NCBI GenBank assembly: GCA_050613775.1
Contig: JBODTK010000145.1
Location: 186,001-250,000, forward strand
Direction: 5' to 3'
DNA length: 64,000 bases
Source of the DNA: Neocallimastix sp. 'constans'
Lineage: Eukaryota
Shown here in pieces: positions 1-13,941 of this stretch. The notes under the pieces are model-generated. The model did no database searches. It saw only the letters and a list, made by a program, of their open reading frames with translations, and was not told where the DNA came from. Both the position numbers and the translations under genes were made by a program. Position 1 is the first letter of the stretch; every line of letters starts with the position of its first letter.

Positions 1-21
1 GCTATTTCCATTAGAAAATCC

Positions 22-371
22 GGGTGTGGGGCATTTCGCCAAATTGCATTTCGCCAATTTTTTTGAAAGCATGTGGCGTATTAAAAAAATGTGGCATTTC
101 GCCAAATTGGAATTCGCCAAGTTGCATTTCGCCAAATTGAAAATTATTAAATAACCAAATAAATCAATAAATAAAATTAAATATTATTAATATTGCATAA
201 AAACAATTTTAAAAAAATATATTTTGAATTAATATTTATTTATTTATTCATTTATTTATATCAATACTCTACTTGTCGAAATGCAACTTGGGGAAATGCA
301 ACATTTTAATACTACGCCACTTGTCGAAATGCAGCCTGGCGAAATGCAATTTGGGGAAATGCAACTCTCCC
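22..371. mobile_element. Non-autonomous Mutator-like (MULE) MITE with terminal inverted repeats and 9-bp target-site duplication
   Basis: The left end GGGTGTGGGGCATTTCGCCAAATTGCATTTCGCCA is the near reverse complement of the right end TGGCGAAATGCAATTTGGGGAAATGCAACTCTCCC. AGAAAATCC flanks both sides (13-21, 372-380). GCATTTCGCCAA motifs are reiterated subterminally. Confidence 0.85.
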
Positions 372-449
372 AGAAAATCCTTCAATCCAGTGTAATCCTA
401 ACAATAATAATAAAACAAAATAAAACAAAAACAAAAACAAAAACAAAAA

Positions 450-493
<44 letters not shown>

Positions 494-930
494 ATTTAAT
501 TTAATTAAACATAAAAGTATACATATTTTTCAGAGTATATATATATATATATTATATTTAAAAGTGAATAAGATGAAAAAATAAAAATAAAAAAATATAA
601 ATTATTTTTTATATAATTTAAATATATTTATATATATAAAACCTATAACCTTTATTATTATAATATAAAAAAATATAAACATAAATAATACTATATATAA
701 ATTAACAATTTTATGATTATATATATATACATATATATATATATGTATATGTATTTTTTTTTTTTTTTTAATTTTTTTTATTTTATTAATTTTTTTTTTT
801 TCCTGTATTTATTTTTAAAATTTCCCTTCTTTCTTATCTATTGAAATAAAAAAAAATATTTTTTTTCTTTTTTCTAATTTTTTTTTTTTATTTATTTTAT
901 TTTATTTTGTAATTTAAAAAATAATTATAA

Positions 931-968
<38 letters not shown>

Positions 969-1040
969 TAATATATATTATAATCTAAATAAAAATAATA
1001 ATTTAAAAAAAAAAAAAAAAAAATAAAAAAAAATTTATTC

Positions 1041-1071
<31 letters not shown>

Positions 1072-1284
1072 TATATATATATTTGGATTATTATTATTAT
1101 ATTTATATATATATTATATAACTTTTTTTTTAATGATAATTAATTTCAAAGATTTTTCTTATTTGATTTAAATTGTTATTCATTTTTAATTTATTGTATT
1201 TCATATATATATATTATATCACCTCTTTTTTTTTTTTTTTTTTAATATTTTTTTATTTTTATTTTTTCTTTTTTTTTTTTTATT

Positions 1285-2482
1285 TTAAAGTAATAAACAT
1301 TTTCTTTGCTTCTTTGTAGTTGGTGGTTCTAATGCGGCAATAATAGCTTCATCAAAAACATTCTTTAAACCTTCACTATTACGAGCAGAACATTCTACAT
1401 ATTTAACTGCATTCATTTCTTTAGCTAATTTTTCTCCTTGTTCAAATTCAATTGGTTTTTGTTTTCTCTTTGAAAGTTTCTCTTTTTCTGCAGCATTATC
1501 TCTTAAATCAATTTGAGTACCAACAATTAAGCATGGTACAGTTGGGCAATGGTGTCGTATTTCAGGAATCCATTTTTCTTTTATATTTTCAAAACTCGAT
1601 GGATTTACAACTGAGAAACAAACTAAAAATACATCTGTTTGGGGGTAAGATAGAGGTCTTAAACGATCGTAATCTTCTTGACCAGCTGTATCGAATAAAC
1701 CGAGTGTATATGGTTCTTCACCAATCATAACAGTTACGGCATAATTATCAAAAACAGTTGGGACATAATCTTCTGGGAAATTATTTGTAGTATATGAAAT
1801 TAAAAGACATGTCTTTATTTAATTATAAAACCAATAAAAAAAAATAAAAAAAAATTGATTAAATAATAATAATTATATAATAATAATAATAAGTTATTAT
1901 TTAGGTATAATTATTAATATTTTGTTATTATTGAATTCATTATTATGTTTTATATCGATTTTATATATTTTCAAAAGGATTTTTTGTATATATTTTTAGA
2001 ATTATGTATATATAAAATGATTTATTATTTCAGGTGTTTTTATTAATATATTTATTGTATAAAACAATTCAATATTAAATATATATTTATTATACAAAAT
2101 AAATGATATATATTATTTCATATAATAAAAAATAATATTTAAATATATAGAAAATTATTTGAAAAAATAATAATAAAAAATATTATATATTGGTTAATTA
2201 GTATGATATTTGTTTAAATATATTATATTAAACTTTCATAATAAACAAAAAAAAATTGTTTTATCTACAATTTATATTAAAAATTTTATTAAAGCATTTT
2301 TTAATAAAAATATATTTATTTTAAATTCCTTTTAAAATAATTTAAAGAGTATACTATATATATAATAAATTAAAAAAAAAATAAAATAAAATAAAATAAA
2401 ATAAAAATAAAATAAATAAATATTTTTATTTTACCTTTCCAACTGCACCATCACCTACAACTACACATTTAATGGTTTGCAT
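1285..2482 (-). CDS. CDC42: Rho-family GTPase Cdc42 (exons 2482-2435, 1812-1285; 191 aa)
   Basis: Exon 1 [16 protein letters not shown] splices (GT..AG) to [62 protein letters not shown]. It has TQIDLRD, a polybasic tail and CAAX CLLL, and the spliced length is 191 aa. Confidence 0.95.
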
Positions 2483-2582
2483 TTTGTTAGACTTATTTTC
2501 TTTCTATTAATTTATTTTCCTATAATTATATATTTTCATAAAATGTAAATGTCAAAAAAAAAATAATAACAATAAAATAAAG

Positions 2583-2623
<41 letters not shown>

Positions 2624-3373
2624 AAAGAATTAGTATAATATTTTCTCAAAATATATTATATTAAATGGATGATTAATCAAATTAATATATTTTATTATAC
2701 TATTATTATTCTCCATAATATTAATATTACTCAACTTATTAATATAAATAATTTTTGTATACTTTATTCTAATTTTAATAAATTTATTTATTTATTTATT
2801 TCAATTAAATTTTTTATTCTTTATTTTATTGTATTTATTAATGTTTTAATTAGTTGTTATTTTTGATTTTTGAAGTAATAATTTTATTATATTTTTATTT
2901 GTATTTTATTTTTTTAATAATAATATTTAAATATATATATATATTATATATTTTTAAATTATTATTTATCATTAATACGAAAAATTTATTTTATGATTAT
3001 ATCTATTCACTAAATTATTATTAAGATTTTGCAATTGATATAAATATATATTAACAAAACTCTTGTTTTTTTTTTAAATATTTAATCATAAATTTTATTT
3101 CAAATATTTTACTTTTAACATATTTATTTACTTAATTTAATATGCTTTATTTATTATGCTTGCTAATTTATTTTAATATAATATTTATTTTAATATAATA
3201 TTTATTTTAATATAATATTGTTTATAAGTCAAAATATTTTCCGGAATTGATAATACTACTATTATTGTGTTATTATTGCTTCATTATAAATTCCTACTTT
3301 CTTTTTTTATTTAGTAAACTCTTTTTCTCTATGTTATTACTATTTTATATTTTATTATTTCGATTTATTTATA

Positions 3374-3427
<54 letters not shown>

Positions 3428-5321
3428 TATTATTTTTATTTATTTATTTATTATTATTATTATTATATAATTACTATTTTATGAAATATATATAAAATCT
3501 TCATTATTATTATTATCATATATTTATAATAAATATAATTAATAATATTTTTTTTTGTTTATATATATATTTGTTTTTATTTATAATATTTGTATAAAGG
3601 TTCTTATAATAATGTATTATTGATTATATTAATTTCTATTATTATACTTGAATATTCATTTTACTTTTTTTTTTTTTTCTATGTTTATAATTTTTATTTT
3701 TCTTAACTCCTATAATTAATGTTTCGTTTGTTGTTTAGAAAAAAAAAACATTTTTTTTTAAACTCTTTTTTTTTTATTTTAAAAAAAATATATATGTATA
3801 ATATATTAAAAAGAATGTGAATATTTACTTGTATTTAAATATAATCAAATAATATATGTATTTACTCTGATTTTATAAATTACACAATAATAAAATACGA
3901 AGAAAAAAAAATTAAAATAAAAATAAAAATATAAAAAAAAATTTAAAAAAAAAAAAAAATAAAATATATTATTATTATTATTTAATAATATGAATACAAT
4001 TTGATAATAATTATCAAATATTATTAAAAATAATTAATTATATAATAAATATGAAAATAAATATAAAAAATTTTTTTCAAATAATATTAATAAAAAAAAC
4101 TATCAATAATTGTTCATTATTATTCATTATTATTTATTATTCATTATTATTTATATAAAAAATATGATTATTTTTTTATTTTTTTTTTATTTTTTTGTAT
4201 ATAATAACATTTCATATATTCAAATATTATTACATATTATTTTTTTCTTTCTATCTATTCATTAATACTATTATATATAAATTATAATTTATATATTTCT
4301 TATCTAATTTTATTAATTAGCTCTTTGAATTGGTAAATATAGTTTTTTTTTATTAGTATTAAAAGTATAATTTGTATTAAAATAAAGTACGCATAAAACT
4401 GTAATAAATATAATTATTTATTATAAGTTTTATAAATATTTTTTTTTTAACTACTCACTATTAATAAAAAGTTGCTATTAATGTATCATCAATAAAATAC
4501 TGTTTTATTATATAATTTTTATTTTTATTTTATTTAAATAATTATAATATTTATATTTCTTTCTTTTCTTTCTTTCTTTTTTTTTTTATACTTTAAAGTT
4601 TTTAAATTTTAATTTAAATAATAATAAATATTCAATTTTTTTTTATTTTTTTTAAAAAAAAAAAATTTTAAAATTTTACTATTTTTAACATTTTATACTT
4701 TTTCTTAATATCATTATTTATTTTTATGATTAAATGGGATATATAATATGATATAGAGTCTCTCTCGTTCATTATAAATAAATTTTGAGATTTGTATGAA
4801 TTTTAATAATTAAACTGATAATTATATAAATGTATTTATTTTAATATTGCATAATATTAAGAATAAAAAAGTTGAAAATACTAAATACACTTAATATATT
4901 AGCATATTTAATCAAATTCTATATTATTAGGCATATATTCTTTTTACTTCAGGTATTTTTCTTTTCATTAATTATAATTTATTAAACTAATATTTATTAT
5001 TGTTATTATTTGAAATAATGTAATATTGCATAATTCCATAATACAAGTATTAAAAAAAAAATAATTTAATATATAATAATTATAAGTTTATTTAATATTT
5101 TTAAAACTACAATTGTAAAATAAAATAAAATAAAAAAAAAAGTTTTTTAATTATAAAACTATTTAAAAAATAATTTTCGTTTATATATATAGTATTTGTT
5201 TCCATAATGTGTTAAGAATATTATAATTTGTTACCTTTATATAAACTTTCTATAATATAGAAACAAATGAAGAGGAATAATTTTTTTATTCAATATCAAT
5301 ACCACTAAATATAGAAAATAC

Positions 5322-5367
<46 letters not shown>

Positions 5368-7698
5368 CCATATCTACACCACTTAATAGAGAAAATACAG
5401 TTTTTTTTTTTATTTAACAAAAATATTTATTATATTGTAAATATATTTATAATCTATTTATATATATTTTTTAATATATATTTTTATTTTGTTCTATTTT
5501 ATTATGTGTAATTTTATATTACCATGTCATATTCATCTTTGATATGTAAATAAAAAATATATATATATATTCTTCAATTCTATTATTGTTTTAATTATTC
5601 TTATACTCTTTCATAATCTTTTTTTATTATTATTATTATTAATTAAATAATTAATTAGTGTGATGTATCATGCACCAAAGCACAACATAAATAACTTTAT
5701 TTATTATATAATATCAGTAATTTATTTTAGTATAATATGTAATATATAATAAATATATATTAGTATATATTAATTATAATTTCATATATATATTTAATAT
5801 GTACATGATAAGAAATATACTAATTAATAAAATTATTAAATTATTAAATACTATATTGTAATTAAAATAATTAAACTATAAATTTTTTTAAAATTTTTTT
5901 AATATAAAAAAAGTAAACAAATATTAATGGTTAGGTTTTAAGAAAAAAAATATAAAATCAGTAAATCATATTTTAAGTGAATAATTTTTGTTATTTTTTG
6001 AATATATATATACTTTTTTTGAATATATATATATATATATACTTTGGATATTATATTTATTGGTATGACTAATTTGTATATATGTATAAATATAAAATGA
6101 AGATAATAATAAAATATGTGTCGTTATTTAAAAAAATTTTTTTTTTTTTTAAAAATATATATAAAAATGATAGTGACATATTATTCTTTGGAACGATATA
6201 TAATAATTATTCTTAGTGTGTTATGTTATTGCGTTATGCTTTTATAATTAAAATATTACTTTGATCTTTACATATAGGTTATTTGTTACCTCTAAATTTT
6301 TATAAATATTAAAATTCATAGTATTCACCTATTTTTATTTTTAATCAATTATCTAATAATAATCTAGTCCTTGAATTAACTTGAAATTAGTGCAGAAAAC
6401 TTTAAAAAAAAAATAATAATCCGAAAATATAAGATATTTTTATTAAACTAATATATTTATTATGAATTTTTGATATTTTAATTCATTAAAACTATTAAAA
6501 CATAATAAACATGATACATTCTCCTTTTTAATTATGAATCATTTAGATTATGTATATTTATTATTATTATTATTATTATTTTTTAATATAAAGAATCATA
6601 TTTATTGAGTATTTCATATTAGTAATTGTTTTAATTTTTTATTGATTGCTAAATTTTTATAAATTCTAGACTAAAATAAAATATTCAAGGTTATAATAAT
6701 GATTTAATTTATATAAAAACCATAATAATGATTTAAGATTTATTAAAGAAAATCTATATAAATATTTTATAGTTAAAATTATATATTTAAAAATATAAAA
6801 CAATTAATAAGAAGATTATGTTAATTATATAATGAAATAAAAAATTAATTTTTTTTTTTTTAAAAAAAAAATAATTATTAGTATTTTTTTTTTTTTTTTT
6901 TTTAATTATTATTAATAGATTATAATTATAGTTTATTAATTATAGAATTACAGAAAATTACTATAAATGTTCTAAATCATTATTGGATTAATACTTTATA
7001 TTTGATTTATATAATGTATTTTTAAATATAGAGAAAATAATTATATATTTAATAAAATTTTATTATATTTACTTATAATATCAATGATGTATTAAATCTT
7101 TAAATTGTATGTATAATAAATTTATATGATATATTAAATTTCATAATATATTTTTAAAAAAGGAAAAAAAAAAATAATAAAAAATTTTTAAAATCAATAA
7201 AATTTTATATACATATATTTTGAATCCCACGAACTTAGCCAAAAATTTATTATTCTTGTTAATATCAGCCTAAAAAATAATATAGATAACTTTTATTCTT
7301 TTTGGTTGATTTTTAAACAGAATTATTATTTAAAAATAAATAACTATAATATTCAAAATATAAGGAATTTGTTAATGTAATAATTAAAATTAAATATACA
7401 CCTTTGTATTGTTTTCATTATTATTTATAATAAATGTAATTTAAAATTTAGTATATGTAAATTCAAAACAATAATCGACTGAATAAATATAAATATAATT
7501 GTAAATAATATTTGTAATAATGATTATAACAATAAATAAAATCAATAATAAATCAAATAGAAGGGCATTGATATAAATAAAAATAGTAAAAATTATCCAA
7601 AGGATGTGAGGGTCAATTATATAACTTAAAAATCTCTTGTTTTAATAATAAAAAAATAAAAATAGAAATAAAAATGTATAAAATATAGCAGTAAAATG

Positions 7699-7737
<39 letters not shown>

Positions 7738-8396
7738 TAAATAAAAGGATACTTATATATATTATTTAATTGCCTTATTTATATGAATTAAGAAAATCCA
7801 TATAAACCGTGTTTAAATCAATATATTTATGTTCGACTTTAAAGAGAGTTTTATATATATATAAATATATATATATTTTTTTTTCAGAATATTAATAATA
7901 ATATAATAATAGCAATAGCAATAACAATAATAATATTAATAATAAATAATTAATTTCAAATTCATACAAATGTTTATCAATAATATATGCATATATTAAA
8001 AAATTTTTTTTATTGTTAAAATTTTTATGTTAAAGCAAAAAATAAATATAAAAATATTTATATTAATATTTATTGAAATGGATTAAACATTTATAATAAA
8101 AGTATAAAAATAAAATATAATAAATTAAAAATATAACAAAAAATGAATCAAAAGAATGTGTATTATACATTATAACAAAATTTAAATAAATAATATTTTC
8201 ATAATAATGGAATAAGAAAAATGTCAAAGAAAAATATATATATATATATATATAAATTTATATAAATATTTAAATACATAAATATTAATTTCACATATAT
8301 TTTATATTTTTATATATAAATTATTTTATTAATAATTTTATTTTTTTTTTCTTTATATTTAAAAAATTATAATAAAATAAAAGGAGATAAGACAGA

Positions 8397-9453
8397 ATGC
8401 AAAATATTGAAAATTCTCAATATGTTTGCGCTGAATGGGATTATGAGGTTAATATTTATTTATGTATTATATATTATAGTTTCAAACCTTAAATATTTAT
8501 TTAATAAATTTTAATTAATGAAAATAAATTTAAAACTATTAAAATTTATTTTAATTATATATTTATCACAATAACAATAAAAGGCAATTGAAAACAATGA
8601 ATTAACTTTCAAAACGGGTGATTACATTAAAATTGTTAGTAAAGAAAATGATGATTGGTGGGAAGGTATTTTAAATGGATTTCAAGGTTTTTTCCCGGCA
8701 AATAGAGTTAGAGAAGGTAACTTTTTTGTTTTTAAGTAATTATATATATATAGATATTTTAAATTATGAATAAATAATAAAAGATATTATAAATAATAAT
8801 TATTGTTGCTTCTTTTATTAATACTTTTATTATTATTATTAATATTATTGTTTTATATATTATTATTATTATAATTATAATTAATATCACTACTGTTGTC
8901 GCTATTATTATTATTATTATTTGCTTATATATATTTGATAACTTAAACATATACTCAATAAATTAACATAAAAATATTTGATATGAAAATTTTTTATTTT
9001 AAAGTTACTCCTCAAGAGACCGAAATTGTTAATGAAAGTATTAAATCCAGAAGAAGCACATTACAATCAACAAATAATTTAGAAATTGCTACACCAACGA
9101 TAGATACCAATAATGATACCAATTATGCTGGTGCAATGGAGGAACCAATTCCTCAAATGTCGCCTACTTCAGATGCTAATCCATATGAAAATTTCGAAAA
9201 TTTATCCTCACCTAATCAAGACTCACCAGATGAAGAAAGAATCGATATGTCATCTTTAGTAAATAATCAACTTCCTGAAAATTGGGTAACAGAATATGAT
9301 GATGCTTCTGGTAAATATTACTATAGAAATGTTATAACCAATGAAACATCATGGGAATTCCCTGTGTATAATGCCAATCTTGAAGAATATGTAATATATA
9401 AAAAGATTATTCACAAATACAATTAATAAAATTTATTATTATGTTCTATTTTC

Positions 9454-9540
<87 letters not shown>

Positions 9541-11745
9541 GGAAAAAGATTTACCTATTGGATGGAAAGCTGGTTTTTCTGAGGGTGTAATATATTACTA
9601 TAACGAATTTACAAATGAATCAAGTTGGGAAAAACCAAAGGTTTTTATTTTTTATTATTATTTTATTTATTTTATTTATTTTTAATATTTACGATAAATA
9701 AAAAATTAAAAAAAATAATAATTTGAAATCAGTTTACTGAATTTTTAATAAAATTGAATATCTATATCATATTTTTTATTTCATTTTTTTTTATTTTATT
9801 CAAATAATATAATATATATTATTACATTAATATAAAAATATAAATATAAATGAATAAACATATATAAATAAAAAAAAATAAAAATAAAAATAGAAATCGG
9901 ATGAACAAGACAGTATAAAACAAGATAATGATAGTGTTGTTGCAACATCAACAAATAATAAAATACAAATTGATCTTCCTGCTAAGAAATTTAGAAAATC
10001 TGGTGATTTAGGTGTAAGATACGAATCTCCCTATGAAAAAAATCATTGGAAACAATGCTTTGTCATATTATGTGGTAGTATTTTATTAATTTATAAAAAA
10101 TTTAATGGATCATTATCAGTAAGTTTATTTATATTTAATCAATTGAAGATAATAAATATTTATTATTAATTTTATATATATATATATATATATTTCTTAT
10201 TTATAATTAATTAATTAATATATTAATATTTATATTATATCTATTTAATTTATAATAATATTTAAATATTTAAACTTGAAAATTATTAAAAAAAAAAAAA
10301 ATAAATACATAAATAAATATTTTATAGGAACAATTACCTGTAAAATATGTTAGTATAAAAAATTGTCAAGTTGAAAAATCAAAAAAAAAGAAAAATGTTG
10401 TAAATATTACTTCTTCAACAAATGAAATTTTAACATTTACTTGTAATAATGAAAGTGATTCCAATTCATGGGTTGAAGAAATAAAACGTTACTCTGTGAA
10501 TACAGGAGATGAGGAACAGGATAATGATTCAGGTAAAAATTATAAAAATTCTTTAAATTAATTTTATCATAATTATTATTGATATAATAAAATATAACAT
10601 TATATAATATTAATATTATATTTAATATAATACTTAATATTACATTAGATATTATTGATATGCTTGAGAGAGAATATGCAAAAATAGATGGTGGTTGTAA
10701 GTTATTAATTTAATAATTATAAAATTCTAAATAACAATATTAAATACAAATTATAAATAATAAAATATATAAATTAATTATACAATAATATATTCAATAA
10801 TTTCTTTAATTTAATTTAATTTTTTTTTTTTTTTGGTAATATAATTAATTTATACTAAACTAAATATGTATTTATATAGCCAAGAAAAAGCCTAAAAAGC
10901 CTATTCAAGGTATTAGATATATTACATATACCTTTTGAATTATTTTTAAATATATATATATATATATATTTTTTTTTTTTTTGATTAAAATTTTTAATAT
11001 ATATATAATATCTTGCAGTTGATAATAATGAAGAAAAACCTACCAAACAATCAAAGAAGACATTTGGAATTAAATTTACTAAGGTAGTATATATATTTAT
11101 TTATATCACTAACATTTAAATTGTTGATTCATTATTTATTATATATTTAATTTATTTTAAAAATCATTAAATAATTGATTCATTATTTAATATTTATCAT
11201 AAAAAAATAAAATATTAATTTATATTAGAAATTTACTTCTCAAAACAATTTATTAAGTGGTAAGGATATATATATATATATTTATAGAATGATAAATCAT
11301 TATATTATAATTATTATTATTATAAACTTATATTTTTGTAATTAATATATTGTTAATTATTTTGTTTTAATTTTTTTTAATAAATAAATATATATAGAAT
11401 ATAACGTATTTGGTGGTTCATTGGAAGAACAAGTTCAAAGAGATGGTTCAAATATACCAAAAATCGTTGAGGATTGCATAAGAGAAATTGAAAAAAGAGG
11501 TTTATATTTTCAATTTTTAATTATTATATTAATAATTTAAACTTTCATATAAATATATATTTATATATATATATATTTATTTTTATTTTATTTTATTTTT
11601 ATTTTATTTTATTTTTATTTTATTTTTATTTTTATTTTATTTTATTTTATTTTATTTTTTTTTTTATTTTTATTTTTATTTTTTTTTTTTACTTTATTTT
11701 TATTTTATTTTTATTTTTATTTTTATTTTATTTTATTTTATTTTA

Positions 11746-11776
<31 letters not shown>

Positions 11777-12457
11777 TTATTTTATTTTTTTTTTTTTTTC
11801 AATATTTGATTATTAATATAATTTAACTTTATTATTTAAGGAATTGAAACTGAAGGTATATATCGTTTATCTGGTAATACCTCTGTTGTTAATAGATTAA
11901 AAGCTCAATATAATAAGGGTAAATATATTATATATAAATTAAATAATTTATAAATATATATATATATATTTAATATACAATCAATAAAACCTATATAATA
12001 TAATATATATGTTATAAATTTATATATATATAATATTTATTTTTATTTTATTTATATAAAAAACATATATATATTTATGTTAATTATAATAATAAAAATA
12101 ATAATTAAAATTATAATAATAAATTATAGGTGAAACAATAAACTTTGATGATGATGAAATAGATATTCCTGTTTTATCATCATTATTAAAATCATATTTT
12201 AGAGAATTAAAGGATACTGTAATACCATCATGCATGTATGAAAGCTTTTTAGAAGCATTGAGTATGTAGAAATAATAAAATAATTAATAATAGTAATAAT
12301 AATAATGGTCATTTATTTATAATATATATATATATTTATTTATGTATAAAAAATAGAAATAGTATAATTTATATTAAGAAATTAAAATATTTAATAATAA
12401 ATATTAATGATAAAATAATTAATAATATTTTTATTATTTTATTTTTTTCTTTTCGTT

Positions 12458-12496
<39 letters not shown>

Positions 12497-13186
12497 AAAT
12501 AATAATAATAATAATAATAATAAAATAACAAAAACAAAACAAATTAAACAATAACAATATCAACAATAAAAAAAAAAAAAAAAAAAAAAAAAGGAATTGA
12601 TGATGAAGGTCAAAGATTACAACAATTTTATGAATTAATTCATGATTTACCAAAAGTAAACTATGATGTACTTTCCTTTCTAATGAATCATTTAAAGGTT
12701 AATATATATAATAAATATTATAAAAAAAATAATATAAATAATACATAATACATAATAAATAATAAATAAATAAATAATAAATAATAAATGAAATCATTTT
12801 AAAATCATTATATAGAAAGTATCAGAGGAAAGCAGTCAGAATAAGATGGCTATTAATAATCTTGCTATTGTTTTTGGGTAAATTTTTTTTTAATAATTTT
12901 TTTTTCCTCATAAAACAATAATATTAATATTAATATTACTAATAATATTATTATTAAAATTTAAATAATTTATTGACAAAAAAAAAAAAATTTTTTTTTT
13001 CTTCCTTTTTCTTCTACTAAATAATAATAATATGATAATAGTCCAACTTTAATAGCGAGAACAACAGATAAAAATTTATTGGCTACAACTATTATTAGAG
13101 ATACACCTTATCAAAATAGACTAATTGATATTATTATAACGTATGAGGATTATTTCTTCCAAACTCCTCCTGAAGAAGACATTTAA
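8397..13186 (+). CDS. SH3-WW-WW-PH-RhoGAP protein (ARHGAP9/12/27-like architecture), 16 exons, 631 aa
   Basis: Exons: 8397-8447, 8584-8716, 9005-9390, 9542-9640, 9894-10118, 10328-10532, 10649-10696, 10880-10909, 11019-11083, 11229-11259, 11398-11499, 11841-11918, 12130-12261, 12594-12697, 12816-12877, 13042-13186. All introns are GT-AG and the 1896 nt total stays in frame. SH3: AEWDYE..ELTF..DWWEG..GFFPANRV. WW1: LPENW..YYYRN..TSWEFP. WW2: LPIGW..YYYN..SSWEKP. PH: WKQCFVIL..SWVEEIK. RhoGAP: VFGGSL..EGIYRLSG..LLKSYFREL..NKMAINNLAIVFGPTL. Confidence 0.9.
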
Positions 13187-13784
13187 AAAAAAAAAAAAAT
13201 CAATTTTTTTTTTTTTTTCGTTATTCAATATAAACTAATGAAATGAATAAATATATAAAATATCAATAATATAATATAGTAATAATAAAATAATAATAAT
13301 AAAATGATAAAATAATAATAATAAAAAAATAAATAATAAAATAAAATAAATAAATAACAATGGTAATAATAATAATAATAAAAAAAAATTAAAAATAAAA
13401 GTTAAAAAATAAAAAGAATAAAAATAAAAAAAAAAAAAAATAAATAATAAAAGCATTAATAATAATAATAATAATAATTTCTATATATTCTATCCATTAA
13501 ATCCATTTTATTTTATTTAATTTTATTTAATTTTGTTTTATTTTATTTTTTTTTTAATTTTTTTTTTTTAATTTTTCAATTTTTATATATTTATGTAATA
13601 TATGTATATATTATGATTAAAAAAAAAAAATTAAAATTTAAAAAAATATTCATAATAACATAATTTGATAATAATAATATAATTTTAATAAAATTATAAT
13701 CTAATATTTTTTTTTTTTTTTTTTTTTTTTGTTTTGTTTTTGCTTTAAACTTTAAATATAAAGGTTGATTATTGATAATTAAGT

Positions 13785-13941
13785 TATGAATTAACTTTAG
13801 AATTAACACTGTTTTCCTAGTAGTGGTAATGGTACTATTAAATAAATTATAACTGATTTAATGATTAAGCCAAGATATGCATGGCTTAATCTTTGAGAAA
13901 ATCATATTGACAACTGGCAGGTTCAACCAGATTGCTATCTT
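13785..13941 (-). pseudogene. Decayed fragment of the 18S rRNA 5' end with a few nt of 5'-ETS
   Basis: The minus strand reads AAGATAGC-AATCTGGTTGAACCTGCCAGTTGTCAATATGATTTTCTCAAAGATTAAGCCATGCATATCT...TCATTAAATCAGTTATAATTTATTTAATAGTACC..ACTACTAGGAAAACAGTGTTAATTCTAAAGTTAATTCAT. This is colinear with the universal eukaryotic 18S start, with many substitutions and an internal deletion. Confidence 0.85.

Noticed and set aside
281..499. 72-aa ORF with MQxGE repeats
   Set aside because: It is a translation of the MITE's subterminal repeats plus a poly-A run.
13785..13941. Functional rRNA gene
   Set aside because: It is only ~150 bp, heavily mutated and internally deleted.
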